Assembly: GCA_963777505.1 (NCBI GenBank)
Contig: CAVZQN010000004.1
Coordinates: 768,001-832,000 of the forward strand
Source: an uncultured bacterium
GTDB taxonomy: Bacteria > Acidobacteriota > HRBIN11 > JAKEFK01
Reading direction: 5' to 3'
DNA: 64,000 bases
The notes under the pieces are model-generated. The model did not search any database, was not told where the DNA came from, and worked only from the letters and a program-made list of their open reading frames with translations. The position numbers and the translations under genes are program-made. The first letter of the stretch is position 1. The number at the start of each line of letters is the position of its first letter. Of the stretch, positions 19,346 to 30,215 are shown piece after piece.

Positions 19346-20209
19346 ATGGCACGTCGCGCGGTAAAAAAACAACCATCAAACGGACGAAAACGCTTTCCAG
19401 GTTTGGATCCAAATTCTTTTCAACATCCATTAGATCGTGAAGCAATTAAGAAATTATCAAAACTCCCCGGTCTTTCAACGATGATCCGGAAAGTTTCTGT
19501 GTCTTATTCGGAAAAATTATTCCGAATGAAAAATACTGCAGATAACATTCGTGTATCACCAAAACAAGCGCCAAAGATCTATGAAATGTTTCGGGAGGCG
19601 TGCAATATTCTAGATATTTCCGAACTTCCGGAAATCTATATTGACACCGCGTATCATGCGCAGGCATTTTCTTTCGGTGTGGACCGATATACTGTCACTC
19701 TTCGTACAGGTTTGATTGATCTGATGACCGATGATGAACTCTTGTTTATTATCGGACATGAATTAAGCCACATTAAATGTGCACACATGTTGTATTCAAC
19801 TTTGCTTTATCTTTTGACTTTCGTTGGAACTGAATTATTCGGAATGATATTCAAAGTTGCGAAGATCACATTTTTGCCGCTTGAAATGAAACTTCGTTCC
19901 TGGGAGCGTAAAGCGGAATTTACATCGGATCGTGGTGGACTCTTAGTTGTACAGGATATAAAAGTTGCTCAAACGGCGTTGGTGAAATTAGCTGGTGCTT
20001 CCAAATCTCTTTTATCAACAATCAGTATTGATGAAGTATTAAAACAAGCGGATGATTTGCGCGGCATGGATGAAGAATTACTGGTCCGCGCGATGAAGGT
20101 TTATCACACGGCATTTCGTACACATCCATTTCCAGTGATTCGAATTAAGGAAATCACCAACTGGTCGCAATCGGATCAGCATCGGCGTATTCTGAAATCT
20201 GGAGTTTAA
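19346..20209 (+). CDS. M48 family metallopeptidase
   Basis: FQHPLD, GHELSH, AEFTSDR, THP. Confidence 0.9.
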   Translation: MARRAVKKQPSNGRKRFPGLDPNSFQHPLDREAIKKLSKLPGLSTMIRKVSVSYSEKLFRMKNTADNIRVSPKQAPKIYEMFREACNILDISELPEIYIDTAYHAQAFSFGVDRYTVTLRTGLIDLMTDDELLFIIGHELSHIKCAHMLYSTLLYLLTFVGTELFGMIFKVAKITFLPLEMKLRSWERKAEFTSDRGGLLVVQDIKVAQTALVKLAGASKSLLSTISIDEVLKQADDLRGMDEELLVRAMKVYHTAFRTHPFPVIRIKEITNWSQSDQHRRILKSGV

Positions 20210-20221
20210 TTGGTAGTAATT

Positions 20222-20295
20222 GTAGGGGCGGGTCTAAGACCCGCCCGCCAGTGTTCTAGCAACTTTATCGGGCGGGTCTCAGACCCGCGCCCTAC
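20222..20295. repeat. GTAG-type REP doublet
   Basis: GTAGGGGCGGGTCTAAGACCCGCCC ... GGGCGGGTCTCAGACCCGCGCCCTAC; second copy at 43396-43467. Confidence 0.85.
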
Positions 20296-20302
20296 TACAA
20301 AC

Positions 20303-21538
20303 ATGAAAAATATTCCCGATTCGCTAACACCATTGGAAGCCTGGAGCAAGCTCAGCAAAGTTTCACCCCTTGATACAAAGTTTCACAAGGTGAAACATGC
20401 TATGAACCTGGTTTTGGCTGAAGAGTTGCGGGCTACAGAAGATGTTCCTTCCGGCCATCGCTCTTTCATGGACGGCTATGCAGTTCGATCGCAGGACACA
20501 CTTTCCGCTCCTTTAGTCCTGGATCTGATCGGTGAAATAGGAATGGGGGAGCAACCACAAAACAGCCTTTCGGCGCAAAAGACAATTCGCATTCCAACAG
20601 GTGGTTTTCTGCCTGAATCGGCTGACGCAGTTGTGATGCAAGAAAACACAGAACTTCTGAATGGAAGCGTCAAAATATTGAAGCCAGTTAAACAATGGGA
20701 AAATGTGCAATTCCGCGGTGAAGATTTTCGAAAAGGCGACACCTTGTTACCGCATGGCCATCGTTTAAGGCCACAAGATTTATCTGGCATTGCAACATTT
20801 GGAATTTCTGAAATCAAGATTTATCCAAAACCTGTTTTACGAATCTTCAGCACTGGAAATGAACTCGTACCATTTGAACAAAGTGATGTCGCTGCAGGAA
20901 TGATTCGAGAAACGAATGCGTTGTCTTTGTCAAATGCATCTTCAAAGTTTGGATTTGAATCGGAAGTCTCCGGAATTTTCAAAGATGAGTTTGATATTCA
21001 AAGGAATGCTCTTGCAAAAGCTCTTGAAGTTGCGGATGTCGTTCTAATTTCCGGAGGTAGTTCAGTTGGGGATCGCGATTATTCGCTTGAAGTCATCCAA
21101 TCATTTAGCGATCACGAAATTATTTTTCATGGCCTTGCGATTCGTCCGGGTAATCCAACGATCTTTGCAAGAATCGGGAAGCGGTATGTTTTCGGACTTC
21201 CGGGACAACCAGTCTCTTCATTGATTGTTTTTTATCAATTTGTTTTGCCATTTTTGTTTCATTTATCAGGTTTGAAAGTGGATTATTCCACTTTTCACGA
21301 TTCCAACTTTGTATCGATGATGGTTCATCTAGTAGAACCAATTCAGCCGCTGAAAACGAAAACAGATTATGTGAGACTTCAAATCAGTCAGTCTAAAAAT
21401 GGATACGAAGCGAAGCCTATTTTAGGAAAGTCTGCGAGCCTTTCAACGCTGGTTCTGGCCCATGGATATACAGTCGTGCCTCCTGGTCAGGCGATTATTG
21501 AGGCCGGCTCACCTCTAAAAGCTTATCTTTTCCCGTAG
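20303..21538 (+). CDS. moeA: molybdopterin molybdotransferase
   Basis: S.MDGYAV, IPTGG.LP..ADAVVMQE, STGNEL, SGGSSVGDRD, GLPGQPVS. Confidence 0.93.
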   Translation: MKNIPDSLTPLEAWSKLSKVSPLDTKFHKVKHAMNLVLAEELRATEDVPSGHRSFMDGYAVRSQDTLSAPLVLDLIGEIGMGEQPQNSLSAQKTIRIPTGGFLPESADAVVMQENTELLNGSVKILKPVKQWENVQFRGEDFRKGDTLLPHGHRLRPQDLSGIATFGISEIKIYPKPVLRIFSTGNELVPFEQSDVAAGMIRETNALSLSNASSKFGFESEVSGIFKDEFDIQRNALAKALEVADVVLISGGSSVGDRDYSLEVIQSFSDHEIIFHGLAIRPGNPTIFARIGKRYVFGLPGQPVSSLIVFYQFVLPFLFHLSGLKVDYSTFHDSNFVSMMVHLVEPIQPLKTKTDYVRLQISQSKNGYEAKPILGKSASLSTLVLAHGYTVVPPGQAIIEAGSPLKAYLFP

Positions 21539-21544
21539 GGTTGT

Positions 21545-21654
21545 CGGAGCGCAGGCTTCCAGCCTGCATTTCGGGCCGCGGACTTCTAGTCCGCAATTCT
21601 TCTGCAGGCAAGATGCCTGCGGCCCGTAATGCGGGCAAAGATGCCCGCGCTCCG
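21545..21654. repeat. composite GGAG-type REP/BIME-like element (four hairpin units)
   Basis: CGGAGCGCAGGCTTCCAGCCTGC...GCGGGCAAAGATGCCCGCGCTCCG; near-identical inverted copy at 51458-51566. Confidence 0.85.
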
Positions 21655-21687
21655 ATATGGTAAACTGCCTTCAGATTTACAAGTTTC

Positions 21688-23469
21688 ATGACACCGATTT
21701 CATTCCGTGAAAGTCAGAACATTGTCAACGAACGTGCTTCTTTATTGCACGCAACTCGCGAGAGAATAAAAACCCGTGAGTCCATTCATCGTGTGCTTTC
21801 CGAAGCGATTTATGCTCTCCGCTCGAATCCATCTTGCGAGGTCGCTGCAATGGATGGAATCGCAGTCGATGCAACTCAAATCCATTCCTATCCTGCGCGG
21901 ACCACGCACTGGAAGCGTATCAATACCGGGGAAGTGATCGATTCAGAATGGAATGCAGTCGTAAAGATTGAAGATCTGGAATTCGAAGACGATGTTGCGA
22001 TCATTTCTGCTCCAATTGCACCGATGCAACACATTCGACTCAAAGGTGAAGATTTTGCTGAAGGTGTATTGCTTTTCGCAGCGGGTCACTGTTTGAGTGC
22101 ACCAGATCTTTCTCTTTTATTAACCGCCGGACACGAAACTGTGGAAGTTCTGAAAAAGCCTGTAATCACATTTTTGCCGACCGGTTCTGAAATTATTTCT
22201 GCAAGCATCATTGAGTCGAATTCTGCGATGGTTCGTGCACTCGTAGAATCCTGGGGAGGTGTTTTCAAAATTGCCGATCCAGTTGCAGATGATGTTGCCG
22301 CGCTCAAGCGAGCCATTCGTGAGGCTGTTGCGAATAGTGACATTGTTATTGTTTCCGCAGGAACTTCAATGGGAACACGCGATTTAACGGCGTCAACAAT
22401 TCAAGAACTCGGAACACTCTGGTTTCATAGAGTTGCTTTACAGCCAGCGAAACCTGTATTGATGGGACAGATTGGTGATGTTCCGGTTATCGGTATGCCG
22501 GGTTATCCCGTGTCGGCGTACATTTCTTCGATTTATTTTTTGCAGCCTCTTGTTAAGGCGCTTTCAGGATTGCCTACACATTCGCGTCAGGAAGTTCACA
22601 TTAGTGCCGAAGATGTATCTGCGCGAAATGTCGATACGATTTACCGGGTCAATCTTTTCGAAGTTGATGGACGAATCTATGTTCGGAAAATTTCAAGCGG
22701 GGCGGGGTCTGTATCATCCCTTACAAAAATGGATGGTTTGATGCACGTTCCTGCGGAGACAGAAATTCATAAACGGGATGGTCTTCGTATCGATATAATT
22801 TTGGATCGTTCAGCGAATACACTTGCAATCCGCGGTTCTTCCGACCCAGCTCTGCAACATCTCTGGGATCTATTCAAAATCGCGATGCCATCCCATCGAA
22901 TTTTATTCTGGCAAGCAACTCCGGAAGATGCGCTGCAAAGCATTATTGAAAAGAACTGTCATATTGCAATCATCAATACGTTTCCTGAAAATGATTTATT
23001 TCCTGAATTCGCGCGACAACTCCAGGAAAATATGCTGCGATACCGGATTCTTACGCGCACTGTTGGTCTAACCGTACCTAATCCTTCTACGGTAAATAGT
23101 CTTCATGACCTGCCAAACAATTTTCAGGTCGCAATCCCGCAAAATAATTTGCATTTGTGGCCAAAATTGAATGACCTGAAGCATACGCCAATAAATTTGA
23201 TTGATAATGGAGTCTTACGATGGATTAAATCGCAACCAGACACCGGTGCTTTCGTAGATATCAGATTTTTGAAATCGAACGAAAAAGTCTTACTTGAAGT
23301 ACACGAACATTTTGATCTGATTGTCTCGGAAAGCTATAGCGAACTCCCACCTATCAAAAAGTTGATAGATCTGCTACTTTCGCCGCAATATGGGGAATTG
23401 ATCGCATCAATGCGTGGATGCGACCCCCGCTCTCGAGGATTGTTGCACGAAACCTACGACGTGCTCTAA
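21688..23469 (+). CDS. moeA: MoeA fused to a C-terminal PBP/LysR-type substrate-binding domain
   Basis: AMDGIAV, PTGSE, AGTSMGTRD, GMPGYPVS; ~220 aa extension ending GCDPRSRG. Confidence 0.85.
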   Translation: MTPISFRESQNIVNERASLLHATRERIKTRESIHRVLSEAIYALRSNPSCEVAAMDGIAVDATQIHSYPARTTHWKRINTGEVIDSEWNAVVKIEDLEFEDDVAIISAPIAPMQHIRLKGEDFAEGVLLFAAGHCLSAPDLSLLLTAGHETVEVLKKPVITFLPTGSEIISASIIESNSAMVRALVESWGGVFKIADPVADDVAALKRAIREAVANSDIVIVSAGTSMGTRDLTASTIQELGTLWFHRVALQPAKPVLMGQIGDVPVIGMPGYPVSAYISSIYFLQPLVKALSGLPTHSRQEVHISAEDVSARNVDTIYRVNLFEVDGRIYVRKISSGAGSVSSLTKMDGLMHVPAETEIHKRDGLRIDIILDRSANTLAIRGSSDPALQHLWDLFKIAMPSHRILFWQATPEDALQSIIEKNCHIAIINTFPENDLFPEFARQLQENMLRYRILTRTVGLTVPNPSTVNSLHDLPNNFQVAIPQNNLHLWPKLNDLKHTPINLIDNGVLRWIKSQPDTGAFVDIRFLKSNEKVLLEVHEHFDLIVSESYSELPPIKKLIDLLLSPQYGELIASMRGCDPRSRGLLHETYDVL

Positions 23470-23478
23470 GATTCACCG

Positions 23479-23494
23479 TGGCACAGAATTTGTA
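23479..23494 (+). promoter_or_regulatory. possible sigma-54 promoter (variant -12)
   Basis: TGGCACAGAATTTGTA (GG-N10-GT) just upstream of the kinase ATG. Confidence 0.45.
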
Positions 23495-23515
23495 AGGAAA
23501 TTGGAAGGAAGTCTT

Positions 23516-24943
23516 ATGTTTAAGCGGATAGGAAGCAGGGTTCTCGCTCTATTCGTTCTGTCTGTGGCCGTGCTCGTAATTCTGCTTGGTTTTGTTTTTT
23601 ATTTCATTGGAGCTCGTTCACTTGAAAAGCAAGTTGACAGCAACTTGAAATCAACGGCAGTAGTTCTTGCGTCACAATGGGATGGCTCGATTTTGTTATT
23701 ACTAAAACCTGGAATGGAAAATGCTCCACTTTTTCAATCATTCACTCGCCGGATACTCCGGATGAAAGAGCAAGCTCAAGTTCATGCAATTTATATCGCT
23801 ACACCTGAAAGAACGCAGATTATTTCAACCGAAAGTCCGATTAGAATTGGGCAGTCCTTGCCGCGTTTGGATTTGCTGCAATCAGAAATGACAGAAGCTA
23901 TGAAGGGAAATGCAGCAGTCTCTGATCTGGTTCGTGTTGAGAATCATCAGTACAAAAGTGCGATCGCACCGGTTTATGCAGGCGATCGTATCGCAGCAGT
24001 CTTGATGGTTGATATGAGTCCATGGTACCTGGTGTACCTGAAATCATTTCGTAACTCACTCTTATTGTTTACGCTTCTTGCGCTTGCTGGAGCAGCGGTG
24101 CTTGCAAGACTCTTTTCAAGAACAATTACTGAACCCATTTCAAAAATGGTTGAACGAGTGGATGAGATCGGACGTGCACGCTATGAAGAACCTCTTGAAG
24201 TTTCAGGTGGTGATGAGTTAGGACGTTTAGCATCATCGATCGAAACAATGAGACAGAATATTCACAAACGCGATGCACAAATGCGGATGATGCTGAGCGG
24301 GGTAGCGCATGAGATTCGAAATCCTCTTGGCGGCATTGAATTGTTTGCAGGAATTCTGGAAAAGGAAAATCTTAACTCAGAACATCGTGAATATCTGCGC
24401 AAGATTCAATGGGAAATTCAACAACTTAAACGGCTGTTGAATGAATTCCTGGATTTTGCTCGTCCAAGAAATCTTCAATTCGAGAAAGTCGAGCTTTCAG
24501 GATTAATGGAAGAAATCCGAAGTCTTGTGGGAAATGATATTGAAACGCGAAGTGCGCGATGGATTGTTGATGTTCAGCCGGATGTTTCATTGATCGAAGC
24601 AGATCGGAGTAAATTGCGCCAGGCACTTTTGAATCTTTACAGAAATGCATTCCAATCAATTCCTGAAACGGGTGATGTGCAATCGCGGATCCGAAGAAAT
24701 GGTTCGGGGATTGTAATGGAAATATCTAATAGCCAGATAAAGAAACTGGATCCCGAAGTGGAAAGAAGAATTTTTGAACCGTTTTATACCACACGTGAAA
24801 AGGGGATTGGTCTCGGTCTGCCTCTGGCAAAACGCATTATTGAAGCGCATGGTGGAGAAATTCAGTTAGCGGAAAATTCAGATTCCCAGATTACGTTTGC
24901 AGTAAAGCTTCCCGGAATCAAACGCGAAAATGCAACCTGGTAA
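23516..24943 (+). CDS. HAMP-domain sensor histidine kinase
   Basis: Two TM segments, HAMP (DELGRLA), AHEIRNPL, NLYRNA, FEPFYTT, GIGLGL. Confidence 0.93.
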   Translation: MFKRIGSRVLALFVLSVAVLVILLGFVFYFIGARSLEKQVDSNLKSTAVVLASQWDGSILLLLKPGMENAPLFQSFTRRILRMKEQAQVHAIYIATPERTQIISTESPIRIGQSLPRLDLLQSEMTEAMKGNAAVSDLVRVENHQYKSAIAPVYAGDRIAAVLMVDMSPWYLVYLKSFRNSLLLFTLLALAGAAVLARLFSRTITEPISKMVERVDEIGRARYEEPLEVSGGDELGRLASSIETMRQNIHKRDAQMRMMLSGVAHEIRNPLGGIELFAGILEKENLNSEHREYLRKIQWEIQQLKRLLNEFLDFARPRNLQFEKVELSGLMEEIRSLVGNDIETRSARWIVDVQPDVSLIEADRSKLRQALLNLYRNAFQSIPETGDVQSRIRRNGSGIVMEISNSQIKKLDPEVERRIFEPFYTTREKGIGLGLPLAKRIIEAHGGEIQLAENSDSQITFAVKLPGIKRENATW

Positions 24944-24973
24944 TCTCTGCGCCTTTGTGGTGAAAGTATATCT

Positions 24974-26329
24974 ATGAGCAGAATTTGGATTATTGAAGAC
25001 GACCGAACAATACGCGAAGCCATTGAAGTCATTTTAAAAAAGGATGGCCATGCAGTTCGTGTGTTCAGGAGTGCTGAAGAAGCATTAAATGGTGTGGAGG
25101 GTGAGCCGGAACTTCTCATTTCCGATTACAAACTGCCGGGTATGAATGGCATTGAATTGATTCGGCACTTTAAATCGAAGAGTCCGGCGATGGAATCGAT
25201 TGTGATTACAGCATTCGGAAGCATCGACCTTGCTGTGGAGGCGATCAAACAAGGCGCGAGTGATTTTCTAACAAAGCCATTTTCACCTGATGAATTAATG
25301 CTGAAAGTACATCAACTTTCTACCCTGAGCAGAGTTAAAGAGCAGACACAATATCTTGAAGAAGAAATGCGCAGCGCATTTTCTGACTATGAAATCGTTG
25401 GCAACTCTGAAGAAATGAAGCGCATCTATGCGCTGCTTTCAAAAGTATCAAAGAGTGAATCAACAGTTCTTATTCAAGGTGAAAGCGGTACAGGAAAAGA
25501 GCTGATAGCCCGTTTCATTCATCATAACTCACGGCGTAATCATGGACCTTTTATTAAGGTAAATTGCGCTGCACTTGCGGAAGGCATTTTGGAAAGTGAA
25601 TTATTCGGACATGAAAAAGGCGCCTTCACGGGCTCCATCCGGCAGCGGAAAGGCCGGTTTGAGCTTGCGCATCAAGGCACTATTTTTCTTGACGAAATCG
25701 CAGACCTTGCAACCGGCGTTCAAGTGAAATTATTGCGTGTCATTCAGGAAGGTGAGTTGGAACGTGTCGGAGGTGAACAGACACTTCATGTCGATGTGCG
25801 GATCATTGCTGCAACAAACCGGAAACTTTCAGAAATGGTCCAACAATCAGAGTTTCGTGAAGATCTGTATTACAGGTTAAACGTCATACCGATTGATCTT
25901 CCACCATTACGAAAGCGAAAAAGCGATATTCCGGATCTTGTAATTTTCTTTTTGAAACGTCTGGCGCGAGATAACAAACGTACGGAAATTACGATTGAAC
26001 CTGAGGCGATGCAACTCCTTTTGGATTATCCATGGCCCGGTAATATTCGTGAATTAGAAAATGTTTTGGAACGTGCGGTTGTTCTTTGCGACAGCGACAG
26101 GATTACTGTGCATGAACTTCCATTTGTTCATGAATCATCACCTTCTTTAGCCGGCAAGCCTGTTCAATTGTTCGACGGCAATCTTGATGACCGGTTGGCT
26201 GATATGGAAAAACAATTATTGTTGAAGGCCATGCAGGATGCACATGGTGTAAAAACTCGTGCTGCAAGATCGCTTGGAATCAAGACATCGACTCTATATT
26301 ACAAGTTGGAGAAATACGGACTGATATGA
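24974..26329 (+). CDS. sigma-54-dependent response regulator (NtrC family)
   Basis: Receiver domain, GESGTGKE, ESELFGHEKGAFTGS, FLDEI, WPGNIREL, Fis-type HTH. Confidence 0.96.
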   Translation: MSRIWIIEDDRTIREAIEVILKKDGHAVRVFRSAEEALNGVEGEPELLISDYKLPGMNGIELIRHFKSKSPAMESIVITAFGSIDLAVEAIKQGASDFLTKPFSPDELMLKVHQLSTLSRVKEQTQYLEEEMRSAFSDYEIVGNSEEMKRIYALLSKVSKSESTVLIQGESGTGKELIARFIHHNSRRNHGPFIKVNCAALAEGILESELFGHEKGAFTGSIRQRKGRFELAHQGTIFLDEIADLATGVQVKLLRVIQEGELERVGGEQTLHVDVRIIAATNRKLSEMVQQSEFREDLYYRLNVIPIDLPPLRKRKSDIPDLVIFFLKRLARDNKRTEITIEPEAMQLLLDYPWPGNIRELENVLERAVVLCDSDRITVHELPFVHESSPSLAGKPVQLFDGNLDDRLADMEKQLLLKAMQDAHGVKTRAARSLGIKTSTLYYKLEKYGLI

Positions 26330-27252
26330 AACGAAGTTTTTTTGCAGCATTATTGTTAACCTATTTTATCTCGCCTGTATTTGCACAGGATTTTGAAACT
26401 CAATACAAGCAGTTGTCAGGCCTCGAAAAGCAAATCAAGGAATTGAAAGCCGAATATAACAGCGAGAAACAAAACAACGATCTTCGTTTAACAAGAATCC
26501 AGCAGGCCAAATCAAAAGGAAATTCTCAGGCGGCCGAAAGTGAGTTAAAGGATGCGTATGTCGCCGCAGAACGGCTTAACCAACTCAATGGAAAGGTAAA
26601 TCAAAAACAGCAAGAGATTGATGCGCTTTGTTCAACATGGGGAAAACTTTATGGGCCTTCTGTTGATACCCTGCTGGCAGAGGCGGAAAAGAATTCTGAT
26701 AGCAAAAAGCGCGCTGAAATTGGAGCGCGATTGCAGAAATATCAGTCTTTAAATTCACGTTTGTGTTTGAAAACTTTGAATAGTTTTTCAACCGAGTGGA
26801 AAGCCTTACAAATTGAACCTTATGATGGTCCTCAAGAAATCATGCTGAAGGTACAGCTTCTAAAGGATATTGAACGAGAAATGGCGATCGGTATTACGCG
26901 ATTTGAGGAGCAGTATCGGCAGATTACTCGTGAGCGTTTAACGCGTGAGCGCGCGCAAGAATTTGTTGATGAAGGTACGCTGTTTGATGGCGGGATTACA
27001 GTCCGATCTCAACCAAAAGGAGGGATCGATGCAGAGGGCTATGTACCACTTTCCGGCGCGCAGGATCGTGCCAGCCCGGGACCGGAAGCCGCTCCTAGCG
27101 AAGTTATGTCCGTCGGTTCTTCCTGGAACGATGTTCCAACTACAGAAGAGGACTACAAAAAGCAACGTTCCGATTTGACGAAACAACAGGAAGAACTTCG
27201 AAATAAAATCAAACAATTCGAGGAACAAGAAAAAGCACTATTAAAGCCATGA
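26326..27252 (+). CDS. exported coiled-coil hypothetical protein
   Basis: Signal peptide ending VFA-Q, heptad-rich; ATGA overlaps with both neighbours. Confidence 0.75.
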   Translation: MKRSFFAALLLTYFISPVFAQDFETQYKQLSGLEKQIKELKAEYNSEKQNNDLRLTRIQQAKSKGNSQAAESELKDAYVAAERLNQLNGKVNQKQQEIDALCSTWGKLYGPSVDTLLAEAEKNSDSKKRAEIGARLQKYQSLNSRLCLKTLNSFSTEWKALQIEPYDGPQEIMLKVQLLKDIEREMAIGITRFEEQYRQITRERLTRERAQEFVDEGTLFDGGITVRSQPKGGIDAEGYVPLSGAQDRASPGPEAAPSEVMSVGSSWNDVPTTEEDYKKQRSDLTKQQEELRNKIKQFEEQEKALLKP

Positions 27253-28341
27253 TCCGCTGGATTGTTCTGCTGTCTATCATCCTTGTGTCACCGGTAACAG
27301 CAGAAGTTCCACTCCAGGTTGAAAAACAAAAATTAAAACTGTCCCTTGAATATGAAAATTATGTCGATTTCGTCAGCAATGAAGTTCGCACGACAGGAAT
27401 AAAAGGGACATATCTTCTTAAAGCAAAAGGTCCGATCGCAGGGGATTCATACTGGACGATTGATTTACAAAGCGGAATAAAAACGAATTTTGATCGTACC
27501 TTCGTTTCAGGCAACCTTTCACCGTTAATCTGGTCGAATCGAGTCAACGTGCGGACGTTTATTCCGGCAGGTGCCTTTTTCTTTAGCGGAGGATTTTATT
27601 ATCGCAATAAATGGCTTGCAAATGCCGATGATCCTGATCTGTTTGTGGATATATTCGGCGGCGTAGGTTTCTCAGATCTCGCTGGTAATTTTCAGGCAGG
27701 ATTTACGATGTCACAAGCCTGGGACTTTGCAGTAAGCGCACATAAATCGCAGCAACGATATGATCGTTTCCAACTTTCCAATACTGATACAGAAGCAGCT
27801 TCAGCAAGACTATCGCGTAATTTTTCAAAAGTTCGTGTAGGACTTGAATATCGAGTACGTTCTATCGATTATCGGCGTCCTGTGATTCCCGATGACACAA
27901 TTGCATTCCCCGTCGATCCGACTGGTATTGAATTGCAGCACGATTCTCTGAATGAAATCGGTTTCCATGTTGAAGTCATGAAACCTTTTTATATTTCCGC
28001 CAGTTATTTTTATCAGGATAACAACTCAAACAATCCAGGTTTTAGTTATACGAACAATCGAGTGACATTGTTAGTTGGGACGCAGCTTTCTGATGATTAT
28101 CATTTTCAAGCGTATGGAATTCTTCAGAATCAAAGTTTCGCAGATCCTTCATCATTTTTTCAGGTCCCCGTTGTTACTGGATGAAAATGAAAACAATACG
28201 ATGGCTGCAAGTTTAATTCGTACTTTCACTTCTTCCAGGGAGCTAGAGCTCGGAATTCAACGGCTATCGTATAACTCTTCTTACACACTGCTGGATACTT
28301 CCAAGTACGTCCTTTACGTTGCATACAATTATCGGTTTTAA
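27249..28341 (+). CDS. outer-membrane beta-barrel protein, frameshifted near 28155-28169
   Basis: Signal peptide, amphipathic strands; removing one base joins it to ORF 28075-28341 ending YVAYNYRF (beta-signal). Confidence 0.7.
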
Positions 28342-28346
28342 TTTAA

Positions 28347-28396
28347 GGGAGCGCGGACGTTCCGTCCGCTTTAGGGACCGCAGGCTTTTAGCCTGC
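28347..28396. repeat. partial GGAG-type REP element
   Basis: GGGAGCGCGGACGTTCCGTCCGC and GGGACCGCAGGCTTTTAGCCTGC units like those at 21545. Confidence 0.7.
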
Positions 28397-28407
28397 TTCT
28401 TTTGTTC

Positions 28408-29502
28408 ATGAAAAGTTCAGACATTGCACATTTACGCCTTAGAAACCTGCATCTTACTGAACCCACATTCAAAAAAGCGGCAGATGTTGTTCGATGGTTA
28501 GGGGCCGTACAGTCACAGGATTTTGCGTCAGCAAAATTTGGCGTCGCCGTTCGCATGAAAAATGCAGTCGATCGAGACATTGAAGATGCATTTAACAAAG
28601 GAGAAATTTTAAGAACTCATGTGATGCGTCCAACATGGCACTTTGTGATGCCTGAAGATATTCGCTGGATGCTTGAGCTGACAGCCCCACGTGTGAAATC
28701 GATTCTCTCTTCATATGATCGTGGATTAGAACTCACTGAAAAGGTTCTTTCCCGCTGCAGTGAAATTTTCATACGTCTTTTGAAAGGCGGTAAGAATTTA
28801 ACAAGAACTGAGCTGGCCGAACACCTTGAAAAAAACAAGATCCTTGCACGCGGTCAGCGACTCGCCCGTATTGTAATGCATGCAGAACTGAATGCTGTAC
28901 TTTGTAGTGGACCTCGAAAAGGCAAACAGTTAAGTTATGCACTTTTGGATGAGCGTGTGCCTCAGAAAACGAAAAAGTTGAATCGTGAAGAAGCTCTTGC
29001 AAAATTGATGCTCAAATATTTTGCAAGTCATGGCCCGGCTCAATCAAAAGATTTTTACTGGTGGTCCGGACTTTCAGCGAAGGATGTCACACAAGGACTT
29101 GAAATCGTCAAATCAAAATTAGTGCGCGAAGAGATAGATGGCAAAACATACTGGATGACGAATGATGCGAAAGTTCATTCTGAAACGCTCGCAATAAAAC
29201 ACCAGGCATTCTTCTTATCCATTTATGACGAATATACGATTGCGTATAAAGACAGGAGTGCGCTTGGCGACGGGCGATATGCCGAAAAGTTTCTATCGAT
29301 GGGAAATGCCCTGACGTCAGTCATTATTCTCAACGGCAAACTTGAAGGCACATGGAAGAAAGCATTGAAGAAAAGTGGCGTTGAAATTCGAGCTGATGTT
29401 TTTAGAAAATTGAACAAGAGCGAACAACAAGCGCTGAAGAAAGCTGCCGAACGTTATGGTCAGTTTCTGGAACTGCCGGTTGAATTACTAGTTCATCAAT
29501 AA
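28408..29502 (+). CDS. AlkZ-like DNA glycosylase (HTH_42 winged-helix family)
   Basis: VQSQD (QxQ motif), RTHVMRPTWH, HGPA..KDF.WWSG, YDEY. Confidence 0.88.
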   Translation: MKSSDIAHLRLRNLHLTEPTFKKAADVVRWLGAVQSQDFASAKFGVAVRMKNAVDRDIEDAFNKGEILRTHVMRPTWHFVMPEDIRWMLELTAPRVKSILSSYDRGLELTEKVLSRCSEIFIRLLKGGKNLTRTELAEHLEKNKILARGQRLARIVMHAELNAVLCSGPRKGKQLSYALLDERVPQKTKKLNREEALAKLMLKYFASHGPAQSKDFYWWSGLSAKDVTQGLEIVKSKLVREEIDGKTYWMTNDAKVHSETLAIKHQAFFLSIYDEYTIAYKDRSALGDGRYAEKFLSMGNALTSVIILNGKLEGTWKKALKKSGVEIRADVFRKLNKSEQQALKKAAERYGQFLELPVELLVHQ

Positions 29503-29536
29503 GGGGTGATGCGACTACGCGTGTCTTCGATGGAAT

Positions 29537-29791
29537 TTAGGCGTATTTTGCTACTGGTATGGAACGCTTTGGTGCAAGACGGCGATGAGATTTGATTCGC
29601 TCAAGTTCATGCAGTGTCTCTGAAGTAAGATAACTGGCCCCGCAATGTGGACAGCTGATAACTGGGACGTTTTCAATCAGCAAAAGGTCATTCCCTCTTC
29701 CGTAAGTTCGAGTAACATAAATGAGCCTAGATCCTGACTTACCGCAAACGTCACATTGGAGCGTTGATGGATGCTGGGCTTTACGCTTCAT
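29537..29791 (-). CDS. YgiT-type zinc finger protein (MqsA-like putative antitoxin)
   Basis: CDVCG...IENVP...CPHCGASY. Confidence 0.85.
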   Translation of the reverse strand: MKRKAQHPSTLQCDVCGKSGSRLIYVTRTYGRGNDLLLIENVPVISCPHCGASYLTSETLHELERIKSHRRLAPKRSIPVAKYA

Positions 29792-30062
29792 ATATTGTGA
29801 TAATAACCAACTTCCCAGTTGTACTCAACTTCACGACGACTCCAAGAATCTGTTTATTGAGAGCCTCACCTTCAACAACGTATTTAAGCTCTCCCGTATC
29901 AGCGTCAGTCTGACGCTCGATGATGGCGCCAGTAAGAATCGCTGCTTCTACATCAAAGATTGTAAACTCATCAAAGTTCATTTCTTCTTCAGCATGAATT
30001 GTCATAACGTAGCTGCCATTTCGGATATTATGACGGATTCGATTAAGGATGCGCGGATACAC
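29781..30062 (-). CDS. DUF4258 protein (putative RelE-fold toxin)
   Basis: TIHA.EEM, G.IIE, C-terminal LVIITIY; overlaps the YgiT-type gene. Confidence 0.85.
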   Translation of the reverse strand: MYPRILNRIRHNIRNGSYVMTIHAEEEMNFDEFTIFDVEAAILTGAIIERQTDADTGELKYVVEGEALNKQILGVVVKLSTTGKLVIITIYEA

Positions 30063-30215
30063 GAAAAATATTGTATCTTATGTGATGAAGTCGGCGGTGA
30101 ACGAAGGAGTTGGGCAGGCACAGCGACTTTTCTTCGCTACGTCTCAGAGACTTCCGAGATTCCACATGTCAGTTTTTCCTGCCGATTACGTTGATCATCT
30201 GATCGCTATCTTGGC

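Noticed and set aside
21545-21654. CRISPR array
   Set aside because: Units are degenerate hairpins in mixed orientation without 30-40 nt unique spacers, and no cas operon is present; REP-like instead
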